The translations under genes were made by a program, and so were the position numbers. The notes below the pieces were generated by a model. That model saw only the letters and a program-made list of their open reading frames with translations. It was not told the DNA's origin and did not search any database. Below, piece after piece: positions 17,626 through 26,162 of a stretch of DNA of 44,072 nt. How positions within the stretch are numbered: position 1 is the stretch's first letter; every line of letters begins with the position of its first letter. This stretch comes from an uncultured Lachnobacterium sp. (GTDB lineage: Bacteria > Bacillota > Clostridia > Lachnospirales > Lachnospiraceae): the NCBI GenBank assembly GCA_900549895.1, contig URQG01000001.1:1-44072 (forward strand), read 5' to 3'.

Positions 17626-18425
17626 TATTCCTCACCTCCGGCATTATCACCGCCAATCTGGCCTCTATTCGTAGGAGAAAGGAACGACTTTAATTTTTCC
17701 TCAATAACTCGAGGATTCTCTCCTGCCTGAATCGACAGAAGTCCCTCTATGGTAATCTGTCGGTTTACCACTTCCCTACTATTATTTGTATTCAATTTTC
17801 CAACAACCGGCGCACATAGCCAGTTCGCGATCAATGAACCATACAGCGTCGTCACGAGGGCAACCGACATCTGCGGTCCGATTGCAGAAGGATCATCCAG
17901 TTTCTGCAGCATGTTGATCAATCCGATCAGCGTACCGATCATACCCCAGGCAGGTCCCATCTCTGCCCATTTTTCCCAGACGGATGTCACACTCTTATGC
18001 CGGTCCTCCAGACACATCAGATCCGTCTCAAGAATTGCGCGGACCAGTTCCGGATCCGTACCATCCACAACAAGAAGGATTCCTTTCTTTAGAAATTCAT
18101 CTTCCAGACCATTTGCAGCTTCTTCCAGGGCAAGCAGACCGTCTTTTCGCCCGACATTGGCCAGATCGATGATTGACTTTATAATTTCTGACGGATCACT
18201 CTTCTTATCCTTAAAAATCAAAGTGATTGCTTTCAATCCGTTGATAAAATCCGGCAGCTTATAGCAACCAATTGTTGAGGCAAGTGAACCACCGATGGTG
18301 ATCGCGACAGACGGAAGGTCGAAAAAGTTGTTAACCAACGCATCTATACCGCCACCACTGTTAATAATACCAAATAAAACCATTGCCAATCCAAATAGGA
18401 TTCCGCCCAAGGATGCTATATCCAT
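17625..18425 (-). CDS. motA: Flagellar stator subunit A (MotA/MotP/PomA)
   Basis: RKDGLLALE, PAWGMIGTLIGL, ALVTTLYG, GENPRVIEEKL; start MDIAS at 18425. Confidence 0.96.
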   Translation of the reverse strand: MDIASLGGILFGLAMVLFGIINSGGGIDALVNNFFDLPSVAITIGGSLASTIGCYKLPDFINGLKAITLIFKDKKSDPSEIIKSIIDLANVGRKDGLLALEEAANGLEDEFLKKGILLVVDGTDPELVRAILETDLMCLEDRHKSVTSVWEKWAEMGPAWGMIGTLIGLINMLQKLDDPSAIGPQMSVALVTTLYGSLIANWLCAPVVGKLNTNNSREVVNRQITIEGLLSIQAGENPRVIEEKLKSFLSPTNRGQIGGDNAGGEE

Positions 18426-18498
18426 ATATAACGCACCTTCCATTTTACAAATTCAGGTCAGGCTAATAAGCGAAATCAACCTAGTGACCCTTTTATAT

Positions 18499-18527
18499 AT
18501 TCTACTAAACTTTTGTTTACTTGTCTA
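18499..18527 (-). promoter_or_regulatory. Putative sigma-A promoter for the motA-fliA transcription unit
   Basis: TAGACA-17 bp-TAGAAT on the minus strand, just downstream of the flgE terminator. Confidence 0.7.
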
Positions 18528-18549
18528 CTTTCTTTTTGGTAAAAAGGGT

Positions 18550-18588
18550 AAAAAAATGATGGGAAATGACGAATTCTCATTTCCCATC
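18550..18588 (-). terminator. Intrinsic terminator after flgE
   Basis: Perfect 12-bp stem GATGGGAAATGA/TCATTTCCCATC followed by A and a T7 tract on the minus strand. Confidence 0.88.
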
Positions 18589-18621
18589 GCATTTTTATGT
18601 ATTTTCCTGTCAGACAAAGAA

Positions 18622-20028
18622 TTATCTCTTCAGATTGATCAGTTCCTCAAGCAACGTATCCGACACTGTGATAACGCGGGAATTTGCCTGGAAACCACGC
18701 TGCGTAACGATCATATCCGTAAACTGTCCGGACAGATCAACGTTTGACATCTCAAGCTCTCCGGAGTTGATCGCACTACCATCCGCGCTGACTTCCACGC
18801 CGATTCCGTCGAATTCGCCGGAGTTAAGAGTCGTCTGGTAACAGTTGTTTCCAACTTTTTCCAATCCGGATGCATTCGCAAACTGTGCAACCGGAATCTG
18901 TCCTAAGACAACCGTATTACCATTGTCATAAGATCCGTGAATAAGTCCCTGCTGATCGATGGAAATGCCGGTCAGAGCACCGAGCTTCTTTCCTGCTCCA
19001 TCTCCGGTCGTATCTCCCTTTAACATCTTTAATGTGGAAGTTCCGCCGTTGTTGTAATTCATACATTTTGAGAAATCGATCTCAACATTCTGGAAATTAC
19101 TGGTAACATTCTGTCCGTTGCCGTTATTTGTTGTATATCCGGTTGTCAAAGCCGAAAGATTAAGCATCTGACTTGTCTGTTTATTTCCGCCGATTGATAC
19201 GAAAGTACCTTCGTTCGCATCAAAATCAATATCATATCCGTTACCGAATACTGCCTGAATTTTCTGCTGTTTATCGGTATCCGTCGTTCCCAGAATCGAC
19301 TTGCTCTTCGAATCAATGATATCCGTCAGCGTGATGTGGTACTGTCCGTCAACCGTACTGTTTTCACGGGGTTTTACAGCAAATTTTGCGGTATAGGAAT
19401 ATCCGAGATTATCGAAAAATCCTAATGTCATCGTATATCCGTCCTCGCTGGTAACGTTCGTATCCTTTTTATCAAGTACACCGGATACATATGCCTTCGT
19501 TGTCGCTTCCGGTGAAGCCGTCTGATTCTGTGGAGACATAACCTGAAGCGCAGATACAATGTCTTTTCGTACTTCTCCGGTTGTCGGATCTACCTGCCAT
19601 CCCTGAAGGGTATATCCGGTAGAACTCATACAAAGATATCCGTTACCATCCACATAAAACGAACCTGCTCTTGTAAAAAAGCGATTGGTTCCGTCACTTA
19701 CGATAAAAAAATTTGTCGACTGGCTGTCTGTAAATTTCAAATCGAACGGATTTCCCGTTGTCTCCGATGCACCTGCACCGGTAATATTTACCGTTGTCGA
19801 TCCGGTGCTTACACCAAGACCGATCTGCTTTGCGTTGACACCACCGATACCGGTCGTGCCGTTACCGCCGGATGCAGACGATAATGTCTGATACATAATT
19901 TCATTGAATCGTACATTCGAAGCTTTAAATGCTTCGGTGTTAACGTTAGCGATATTATTACCGATAACGTCCATTCGTGTCTGATGTGTCTTAAGTCCGG
20001 ACACAGCAGAGTACATTGATCTCATCAT
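18622..20028 (-). CDS. flgE: Flagellar hook protein FlgE
   Basis: MMRSMYSAVSGL...GNNIANVNT, TRAGSF, LEMSNVDL...QRGFQANSRVI; 468 aa; downstream of flgD. Confidence 0.95.
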   Translation of the reverse strand: MMRSMYSAVSGLKTHQTRMDVIGNNIANVNTEAFKASNVRFNEIMYQTLSSASGGNGTTGIGGVNAKQIGLGVSTGSTTVNITGAGASETTGNPFDLKFTDSQSTNFFIVSDGTNRFFTRAGSFYVDGNGYLCMSSTGYTLQGWQVDPTTGEVRKDIVSALQVMSPQNQTASPEATTKAYVSGVLDKKDTNVTSEDGYTMTLGFFDNLGYSYTAKFAVKPRENSTVDGQYHITLTDIIDSKSKSILGTTDTDKQQKIQAVFGNGYDIDFDANEGTFVSIGGNKQTSQMLNLSALTTGYTTNNGNGQNVTSNFQNVEIDFSKCMNYNNGGTSTLKMLKGDTTGDGAGKKLGALTGISIDQQGLIHGSYDNGNTVVLGQIPVAQFANASGLEKVGNNCYQTTLNSGEFDGIGVEVSADGSAINSGELEMSNVDLSGQFTDMIVTQRGFQANSRVITVSDTLLEELINLKR

Positions 20029-20036
20029 AGTACATT

Positions 20037-20103
20037 GACCTCCTGTGATGGCCGGATTGGTTCCCTCTGTCAGTCAGGAACCGCAGCTTCCATAAGGTCC
20101 AGC
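20037..20103 (-). ncRNA. Candidate structured cis-regulatory leader RNA of flgE
   Basis: Minus strand: P1 GCUGGA/UCCGGC encloses CUU-AUGG-AAG and GGUUCC-UGACUGACAGAG-GGAACC. The alternative helix GACCUU/GAGGUC would cover the flgE SD. Folded by eye only. Confidence 0.5.
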
Positions 20104-20507
20104 TACATAATGACCGCGCCATCAATATTTGTAAATACATTTGATTGTGTTTCCGTCTGATCCATCGCTGTCACTACCGTTTTATTCGGTACATTTACGA
20201 TAAATGCCAGCGAATCGACTAAAACCAGTGATTCGTTAATCCCTTTTGCACTTGCTTCCTCCACGCCGCTTTGCAAGCGGATGTTCTGTTCATCCGAAAG
20301 ACTGATGCCTCTGCTCTCAAGCCTTTGTGTGGCATGCTTGGAAAATTTTAGTTTCTCATTTCCCGCCGCGCTCAAAGATTGTTGTCTTCGTAAAACTTCC
20401 TCAAATGATATATCGGACTTTTTTGAAGATTGATTAACACTTTTTTGATTTAAATACTGATCACTGACCTGCTCGATCGACGAAAACTGACCAGCTATCG
20501 GATTCAT
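20103..20507 (-). CDS. Flagellar operon protein (TIGR02530-like), function unknown
   Basis: LKFSKHATQRLESRGI...TVVTAMD...VFTNIDGAVI pattern and position between flgD and flgE. Confidence 0.88.
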   Translation of the reverse strand: MNPIAGQFSSIEQVSDQYLNQKSVNQSSKKSDISFEEVLRRQQSLSAAGNEKLKFSKHATQRLESRGISLSDEQNIRLQSGVEEASAKGINESLVLVDSLAFIVNVPNKTVVTAMDQTETQSNVFTNIDGAVIM

Positions 20508-21220
20508 GCTTTTTCCTCCGTATCCGTTTTACCATCGGTATCCGTCTTATCGCTGCTATCATTCCCATGCGCTTTTTTTACCTCAGCAAGACGTTTCTCG
20601 TAATTTTGAAGTTTCGTCAAATCATCACTGTCCACATATTTCTGCTGATAAGAAGTCATTCCGTCATACAGATCACGGATCTGTGTGATTGCTTTCTCAT
20701 AGCTCTCATTAATATTCTCAATATCCGGAAGCTGATCGATCATATCACCGAATGTTCTTGCAGTGGTAACCGCATCATAATAACTTTCATCCGCAACCGT
20801 ATCAAGTGTATCAACATTGTATAGGCGATTGTTAACACTGAGCATTACGCTTCCGTCTTCCTGATACATGATATAATCCACTTTACCATTGACATAGTTT
20901 TCTTTTCCGGTCGTCTCATCTGCAACCTTAAGAATAACCTGCTTTCCAACCAAAGCGTTTGCCATCTCATTTTCCTGTGTCTGCTGCATGGACAATGTAG
21001 CCTCCAACTGTGAAAACGTTGCAAGCTGAGCAACATACTCTGTATTACTTGTCGGCTCGAGTGGATCCTGATATTGCATTTCAGCACAAAGAAGTGTTAA
21101 AAACTGGTCATATCCAAGTGAGGAACCATTGTTCTTCTCTGCTTCCTCAGACTTTTTCTTTGCCTGATAATCCGTCACTAATTTACCGTTATCTACCGCA
21201 GCGGTATATGTTGTTGCCAT
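20504..21220 (-). CDS. flgD: Flagellar hook capping protein FlgD with C-terminal extension
   Basis: DQFLTLLCAEMQYQDPLEP, QLATFSQLE. Confidence 0.94.
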   Translation of the reverse strand: MATTYTAAVDNGKLVTDYQAKKKSEEAEKNNGSSLGYDQFLTLLCAEMQYQDPLEPTSNTEYVAQLATFSQLEATLSMQQTQENEMANALVGKQVILKVADETTGKENYVNGKVDYIMYQEDGSVMLSVNNRLYNVDTLDTVADESYYDAVTTARTFGDMIDQLPDIENINESYEKAITQIRDLYDGMTSYQQKYVDSDDLTKLQNYEKRLAEVKKAHGNDSSDKTDTDGKTDTEEKA

Positions 21221-21232
21221 ATCATTTCCTCC

Positions 21233-22660
21233 TTAGGCTGTCAGATCAACCGAGTTGCCATTGTCTTTCATGATCTGGGCAACTAAGGCTTCCTCTTCCG
21301 TCATCAGCGAAGATAATTCATCCAGTGAAGATAAATTAATATTTCTTCTCTGTGACTGTTGTTCCTGCTGTCTTTGTCCTTCTTCAAATTCACGGCCCTG
21401 TCCCTGTTCAAGATTTCTCTCAAATTCGTGCGAAGCCACCGTCACTTCGATGGAATCCACTTTAACACCCGACTGTTCCAACGTTCTCCTCAGTTCAGCC
21501 ATCTGTGTTTCAAGAGCATTCTTTACCGCCTCTTCGCTTGCCGCAATCTGCGCGCGAACCGTTCCCTGTTCGGATGAAATCTGAAGATAAACTTTGCCGA
21601 GATTCTCCGGATTCAGCTGCATCTCCATCGAAGATGTTTCCTCCGAGATTGTCACTTTGACATTTTCGGCGAACTGTTCGATCAGGTCCATCGTATCAAT
21701 TGAAAGATATGTGTTGTTCTCTGTCTGTGGAACAACTTCCTCTAATACCTGATCGGTCGTGAACACCATATCCGGTGTCTGCTCTGCTACGTTCGCATTC
21801 GTTCGATCCGCAGTGTGAACTTCATTCTCCCGTTGCAAAATGTCGTTTGCATTGCTGCCATCCTGTTTCGTCTGGTCTGCATTCTCTGTTGCAGCTTCCG
21901 AAACAGTAATTGTCTCATTCTGTACCACATATTCTACATCCGATGTCTGTTCCTGTGTCGGCATATCCGTTACATTCGTATCAGTAACCTGAGCAATATT
22001 TGTTTCTGCGACCTCCTGAACGACCTCCGCAAACGAAGCATCATCCAATATCTGAGGTTTTTCCAGAACATTCATCTGTGCAAGTAAGTCCTGCATCTCA
22101 TCCGGCATCAGTTCCAGTTGATCCATCAGTTCATTCTGTGCTGTCTGCATCTCCTGCATCAGATCAACAAACTGTGGCTGAAACAGCAGATCTTCCGGTG
22201 TCGCTGCATCCGTCAACTCTACTGCCAGCTGGACAAGATTCTGTGGATCCATAAGACCAAAGGCTGTCAATCCAAGATTTTCCATCGCGGAACGCACCGC
22301 ATCTTCATCCACGCCAAGATCTTCCGCAATCTTCGCGACAACTTTTTGATCAAAATCATCCAGCTTATCAGCTGCTGAATTTAATTTATCTTCCATTGTC
22401 GTCGAAGAGATTTCGCGATCCCGGTTGGAATATTGTGTGTATGCATTCTGTGTGCAATCCGTCTGTTTCGTCGTAATGGATGTTTGTGCGATGTCATCTG
22501 TATTCGCATTTGTTTTTGTAGAGTAGTTAACATTCATCATGGACGAAAATACGACTGCAGCGTCTGAATTTCCAGCCTTTGTTTTGCTTGTTGCAGCATT
22601 TGCATTTAATGTCTGATTCTGACCGACAGAACTCAGATTAAATACATTTGCACTTGTCAA
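21233..22660 (-). CDS. fliK: Flagellar hook-length control protein FliK
   Basis: Low-complexity N-terminus and C-terminal MQLNPENLGKV domain; TTG start after AAAGGAGG. Confidence 0.92.
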   Translation of the reverse strand: MTSANVFNLSSVGQNQTLNANAATSKTKAGNSDAAVVFSSMMNVNYSTKTNANTDDIAQTSITTKQTDCTQNAYTQYSNRDREISSTTMEDKLNSAADKLDDFDQKVVAKIAEDLGVDEDAVRSAMENLGLTAFGLMDPQNLVQLAVELTDAATPEDLLFQPQFVDLMQEMQTAQNELMDQLELMPDEMQDLLAQMNVLEKPQILDDASFAEVVQEVAETNIAQVTDTNVTDMPTQEQTSDVEYVVQNETITVSEAATENADQTKQDGSNANDILQRENEVHTADRTNANVAEQTPDMVFTTDQVLEEVVPQTENNTYLSIDTMDLIEQFAENVKVTISEETSSMEMQLNPENLGKVYLQISSEQGTVRAQIAASEEAVKNALETQMAELRRTLEQSGVKVDSIEVTVASHEFERNLEQGQGREFEEGQRQQEQQSQRRNINLSSLDELSSLMTEEEALVAQIMKDNGNSVDLTA

Positions 22661-22729
22661 ACACGTTCCTCCTTTCTTTCTGTAAACACCCTCTGTTCAA
22701 ACTAATTTTACCAGAGAATTGGCGTCGTC

Positions 22730-22756
22730 CGTCAGTTTTCCACTGAAAAACTGACG
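22730..22756. repeat. 10-bp stem hairpin in the ylxF-fliK gap
   Basis: CGTCAGTTTT-7 nt-AAAACTGACG; no U-tract on the minus strand. Confidence 0.7.
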
Positions 22757-22767
22757 TGTCCAACAGA

Positions 22768-23553
22768 TCACTGCTTTGTCGGTTCCATGATCTCCGTCAG
22801 CTTCGCCGCAGTCGTCGCATCCATCTTGCCAAGTATCTTGCCTCGCTCTTCCGTGCCCATATTGTTCATAATATCGGCAACCAGCCCAAGATTGTCCGTC
22901 ATCGTATCAAAGATGGCAGCAGCCTCTTTCGGCTTCATTTTCGAGTAAGTGTCGGCATAATCTTTAACCTTATCATCGTAGGTGATCTGTTCTACTACTT
23001 GTTTATATAAGACTTCAGCATTCTTGGGATCAATACTCTCATAGTAAGCCTTATATTCATTTATATCGGGCGCATTATCCGAAAAAACAACCTCTTCATA
23101 AAACTTTTCTTTTTCTTTTTCGAAAGCCGCCTCATCCTCTTTATATGTCGACAGATCATCGATCTGCGCCTTTAAATCGTCAATCGTCTCAGAATTCTTT
23201 TTCTTATCAGCCTTTGCATCATCAAGTTCCACTTCCAGCTCCTTAATACGCGCAATCGCTTCATCCAGTGAACCATATTGATTCTGTGTATCTTCCATAG
23301 GAAGATCTGCATTGTCCGGAGTCGGAAGAATTTTATTGATATAAGGGACATCCTTTAGAGCCGGATACAAAACCGATGAACCGAATCCTCCGACATCCGT
23401 CTTGATCAGAATTGCTATGATTCCAAGCCAGATTGCAATAATAAGTACCGTAACCAATGCAAGTACAAGCTTACCGCCCGCCTTTTCTTCCTCCTCTTCT
23501 GGATTCTGGCCTGTTGTAACTTCTTTTTCGTTCTTTTTCTTTTTGAATGCCAT
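22768..23553 (-). CDS. YlxF/MotE-like flagellar protein (TM + coiled coil + MgtE_N-like domain)
   Basis: TM helix, coiled coil, TYSKMKPKEAAAIF...RGKILGKMD; lies between fliJ and fliK. Confidence 0.8.
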   Translation of the reverse strand: MAFKKKKNEKEVTTGQNPEEEEEKAGGKLVLALVTVLIIAIWLGIIAILIKTDVGGFGSSVLYPALKDVPYINKILPTPDNADLPMEDTQNQYGSLDEAIARIKELEVELDDAKADKKKNSETIDDLKAQIDDLSTYKEDEAAFEKEKEKFYEEVVFSDNAPDINEYKAYYESIDPKNAEVLYKQVVEQITYDDKVKDYADTYSKMKPKEAAAIFDTMTDNLGLVADIMNNMGTEERGKILGKMDATTAAKLTEIMEPTKQ

Positions 23554-23563
23554 AAGTTCTCCT

Positions 23564-24001
23564 CTACTTGTTATAAGTATAGCTTACCAGCTCGTCAATC
23601 TCTTTTGTTTCAGTCGCTGCCAGCTCCTGTTTGAACTCTTCAAACGCCTTTTCCCGCAGCTTCTCCTGCACCTTGCGTTCCTGCATGACCTCATTAAGCG
23701 CAACCCGCGCGTCCTCCATCGCTTTTTCCGCTGTATGGACTTGCATCATCTGCCTGCGCACAATCGTCTTCATATCATTCACATTGGCACGTGCATGTGC
23801 TACTTCCTGCAGATTCAGATCTCCCTGCATTGCTTCCTTCAGCTGCTTCTCGTATCCCACTCTGCGAATCAGATACTGTTGCAGAACTTTTTGTTCCTCA
23901 AGATACTTCTGGTTAGCAATACTGTACGCCATCTGCGCCTGCGTCTCAAGTTTCTGTTTGATATTCAGTATATTTTGCATTCGGTATACAAACTTTGCCA
24001 T
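23564..24001 (-). CDS. fliJ: Flagellar export protein FliJ
   Basis: MAKFVYRMQNILNIK, coiled coil, EKLREK...IDE; follows fliI. Confidence 0.92.
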   Translation of the reverse strand: MAKFVYRMQNILNIKQKLETQAQMAYSIANQKYLEEQKVLQQYLIRRVGYEKQLKEAMQGDLNLQEVAHARANVNDMKTIVRRQMMQVHTAEKAMEDARVALNEVMQERKVQEKLREKAFEEFKQELAATETKEIDELVSYTYNK

Positions 24002-24019
24002 AAATCACCAATCGCTTTC

Positions 24020-25327
24020 TTAATCTGCAAACACCTCTGCAAGTAACTTAATTTCCTCGTCAAAAGCAAACTTTTCATCTGTCCCCTGGCACAGGAACTC
24101 ATTCACATCTTTGATCTTACGGATCGCATAATCGATATCCGGATTCGAACCGCTTTTGTACGCTCCGATATTGATCAGATCTTCCGCCTCACTGTATGTT
24201 GCAAGAACATTTTTCAGCTTGCCCGCGAGTTCCTTGTGTTCTTTGGTAACAATCGAACTCATAACACGGGAAATACTCTGTAAAATATCGATTGCAGGGT
24301 AATGATTCTTATGTCCCAGCTTTCGATCCAGCATAATATGACCGTCAAGGATTCCTCGGGCCGTATCTGTAATCGGCTCATTAAAATCGTCTCCATCGAC
24401 CAATACAGTGTACAATCCGGTAATAGATCCCTTATCATTTGTTCCCGCACGTTCCAAAAGCTTTGGCATTTCGGAATACACACTCGGTGGATATCCTCTT
24501 GTTACCGGTGGTTCGCCGGAAGCCAACCCGATCTCACGCTGTGCCTGAGAAAAACGCGTCATAGAGTCCATCATCAGAAGTACATCTTTCCCCTGGTCAC
24601 GGAAATACTCTGCCACAGCAGTTGCTGTCTTCGCACATTTATTACGAATAAGTGCCGGCTTATCCGAAGTCGCCACAACAACAACGGAGCGAGCCATACC
24701 TTCCGGTCCGAGATCCCGTTCAATAAACTCACGTACCTCTCGTCCTCGCTCACCGATCAATGCGATGACATTGATATCTGCCTTCGTATTACGTGCAAAC
24801 ATACCGAGAAGCGTACTTTTTCCAACACCGGAACCTGCAAATACTCCGATACGCTGACCTTTGCCAACCGTGATCAAACCATCTACTGCCTTCACCCCAA
24901 GTGGAAGGACCTCACTGATAATCTCTCTGTCCATCGGGTCCGGCGGAGCTTGTTCCAATGGATAATACTCTCCATGGATCTCCACATCGCCGTCACTGAT
25001 TCTTCCGATTCCGTCAAGCGTATGACCGAGCAATTCTTCCCCTACTAATACAGATAATGGATGTCCCGTATTTTCTACGATACATCCAACTCCAACACCT
25101 TCCACGCTGTCAACCGGCATCAGGATAAGCTGCGAATCATGGAATCCGACCACTTCCGCAATCACATACTGCTCACGGTCTTCATCCGGATATATCTTGC
25201 ACAGATCTCCAAGACGTGCTTTCGGTCCTACGGATTCAATCGTCAAACCTACAACTTTAACAACTTTTCCGTAGCTGTTATAATATTGTCTGTCTAAAAG
25301 CTGTAAATACTTATCTGCTACACTCAT
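24020..25327 (-). CDS. fliI: Flagellar export ATPase FliI
   Basis: Walker A AGSGVGKS, GERGREV, LMMDSMTRF, GYPPS. Confidence 0.98.
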   Translation of the reverse strand: MSVADKYLQLLDRQYYNSYGKVVKVVGLTIESVGPKARLGDLCKIYPDEDREQYVIAEVVGFHDSQLILMPVDSVEGVGVGCIVENTGHPLSVLVGEELLGHTLDGIGRISDGDVEIHGEYYPLEQAPPDPMDREIISEVLPLGVKAVDGLITVGKGQRIGVFAGSGVGKSTLLGMFARNTKADINVIALIGERGREVREFIERDLGPEGMARSVVVVATSDKPALIRNKCAKTATAVAEYFRDQGKDVLLMMDSMTRFSQAQREIGLASGEPPVTRGYPPSVYSEMPKLLERAGTNDKGSITGLYTVLVDGDDFNEPITDTARGILDGHIMLDRKLGHKNHYPAIDILQSISRVMSSIVTKEHKELAGKLKNVLATYSEAEDLINIGAYKSGSNPDIDYAIRKIKDVNEFLCQGTDEKFAFDEEIKLLAEVFAD

Positions 25328-25349
25328 AACACCAATCGTACCCCGGTTA

Positions 25350-26162
25350 CTACACTAATGAGCGAATATCTTTGATCAGATTCGTAAACTGTGCATCCAG
25401 TCCACAGTCAAACACACCATAGGAGGTTTCAATCTGACATTGTCCATCCTCAAATTTGTTTTCCTGTACAAATTCGATGGAAACATCACCACCCACTTGT
25501 TTTTGTATTTCTTCCAAATGTTCCATGAGCATCTCATGGTCAGCTTCATTGACATGAATGCGAACTTTATTTCCTGCATCCACATCCATCAATGTATTCT
25601 TCACAAGTGCCAAAAGCATGGTACGTTTATCCGAGAACTGTATCTGAAATACTTTTTCAAACACTTGCACAACCGCATCCACAATATCGCTTTCCATATG
25701 TTCCATGCGATCGCTGTATTCCTCTTGTAACTGTTGCTTTCTTCCACTGTATTCTTGTTCTAGCTGTTCTTTCTGCTTCTGCAGTTCCTGCACACTTTGT
25801 TGTTTTCCTTCTTCATAGCCAAGCTTTCTCTGGTCCTCAAACAACTGCTGTGCACTCTTCTTTGCAGCATCAAGGATTCCGTTTGCCTCAGATTGTGCCG
25901 TAGAAGTAATCTGATTTGCCATCGCCTGTGCATCCGCAATCATTTCCTTGCGTAACTGCTCCAGTCGGACTTTCTCCTCCTCATAGGTAGGGATCAGCTC
26001 TTTTTCTGACTTTGTATCATCAAATTCCGATGCGTCATTCTGCTGCATATGTTCGCCACTCTCATTTTTCATCAGGCTTTCTTCCATACGCCGATTAGAA
26101 TTAATAATACGTTTTCCTTCTGTCGAATTCACCACAAAGCATTGTTTCAATAAATTAGACAA
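25350..26162 (-). CDS. fliH: Flagellar assembly protein FliH
   Basis: GYEEG motif, coiled coil, GQCQIET. Probable TTG start at 26162 overlapping the fliG stop, after GGAGGAG. Confidence 0.9.
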   Translation of the reverse strand: MSNLLKQCFVVNSTEGKRIINSNRRMEESLMKNESGEHMQQNDASEFDDTKSEKELIPTYEEEKVRLEQLRKEMIADAQAMANQITSTAQSEANGILDAAKKSAQQLFEDQRKLGYEEGKQQSVQELQKQKEQLEQEYSGRKQQLQEEYSDRMEHMESDIVDAVVQVFEKVFQIQFSDKRTMLLALVKNTLMDVDAGNKVRIHVNEADHEMLMEHLEEIQKQVGGDVSIEFVQENKFEDGQCQIETSYGVFDCGLDAQFTNLIKDIRSLV

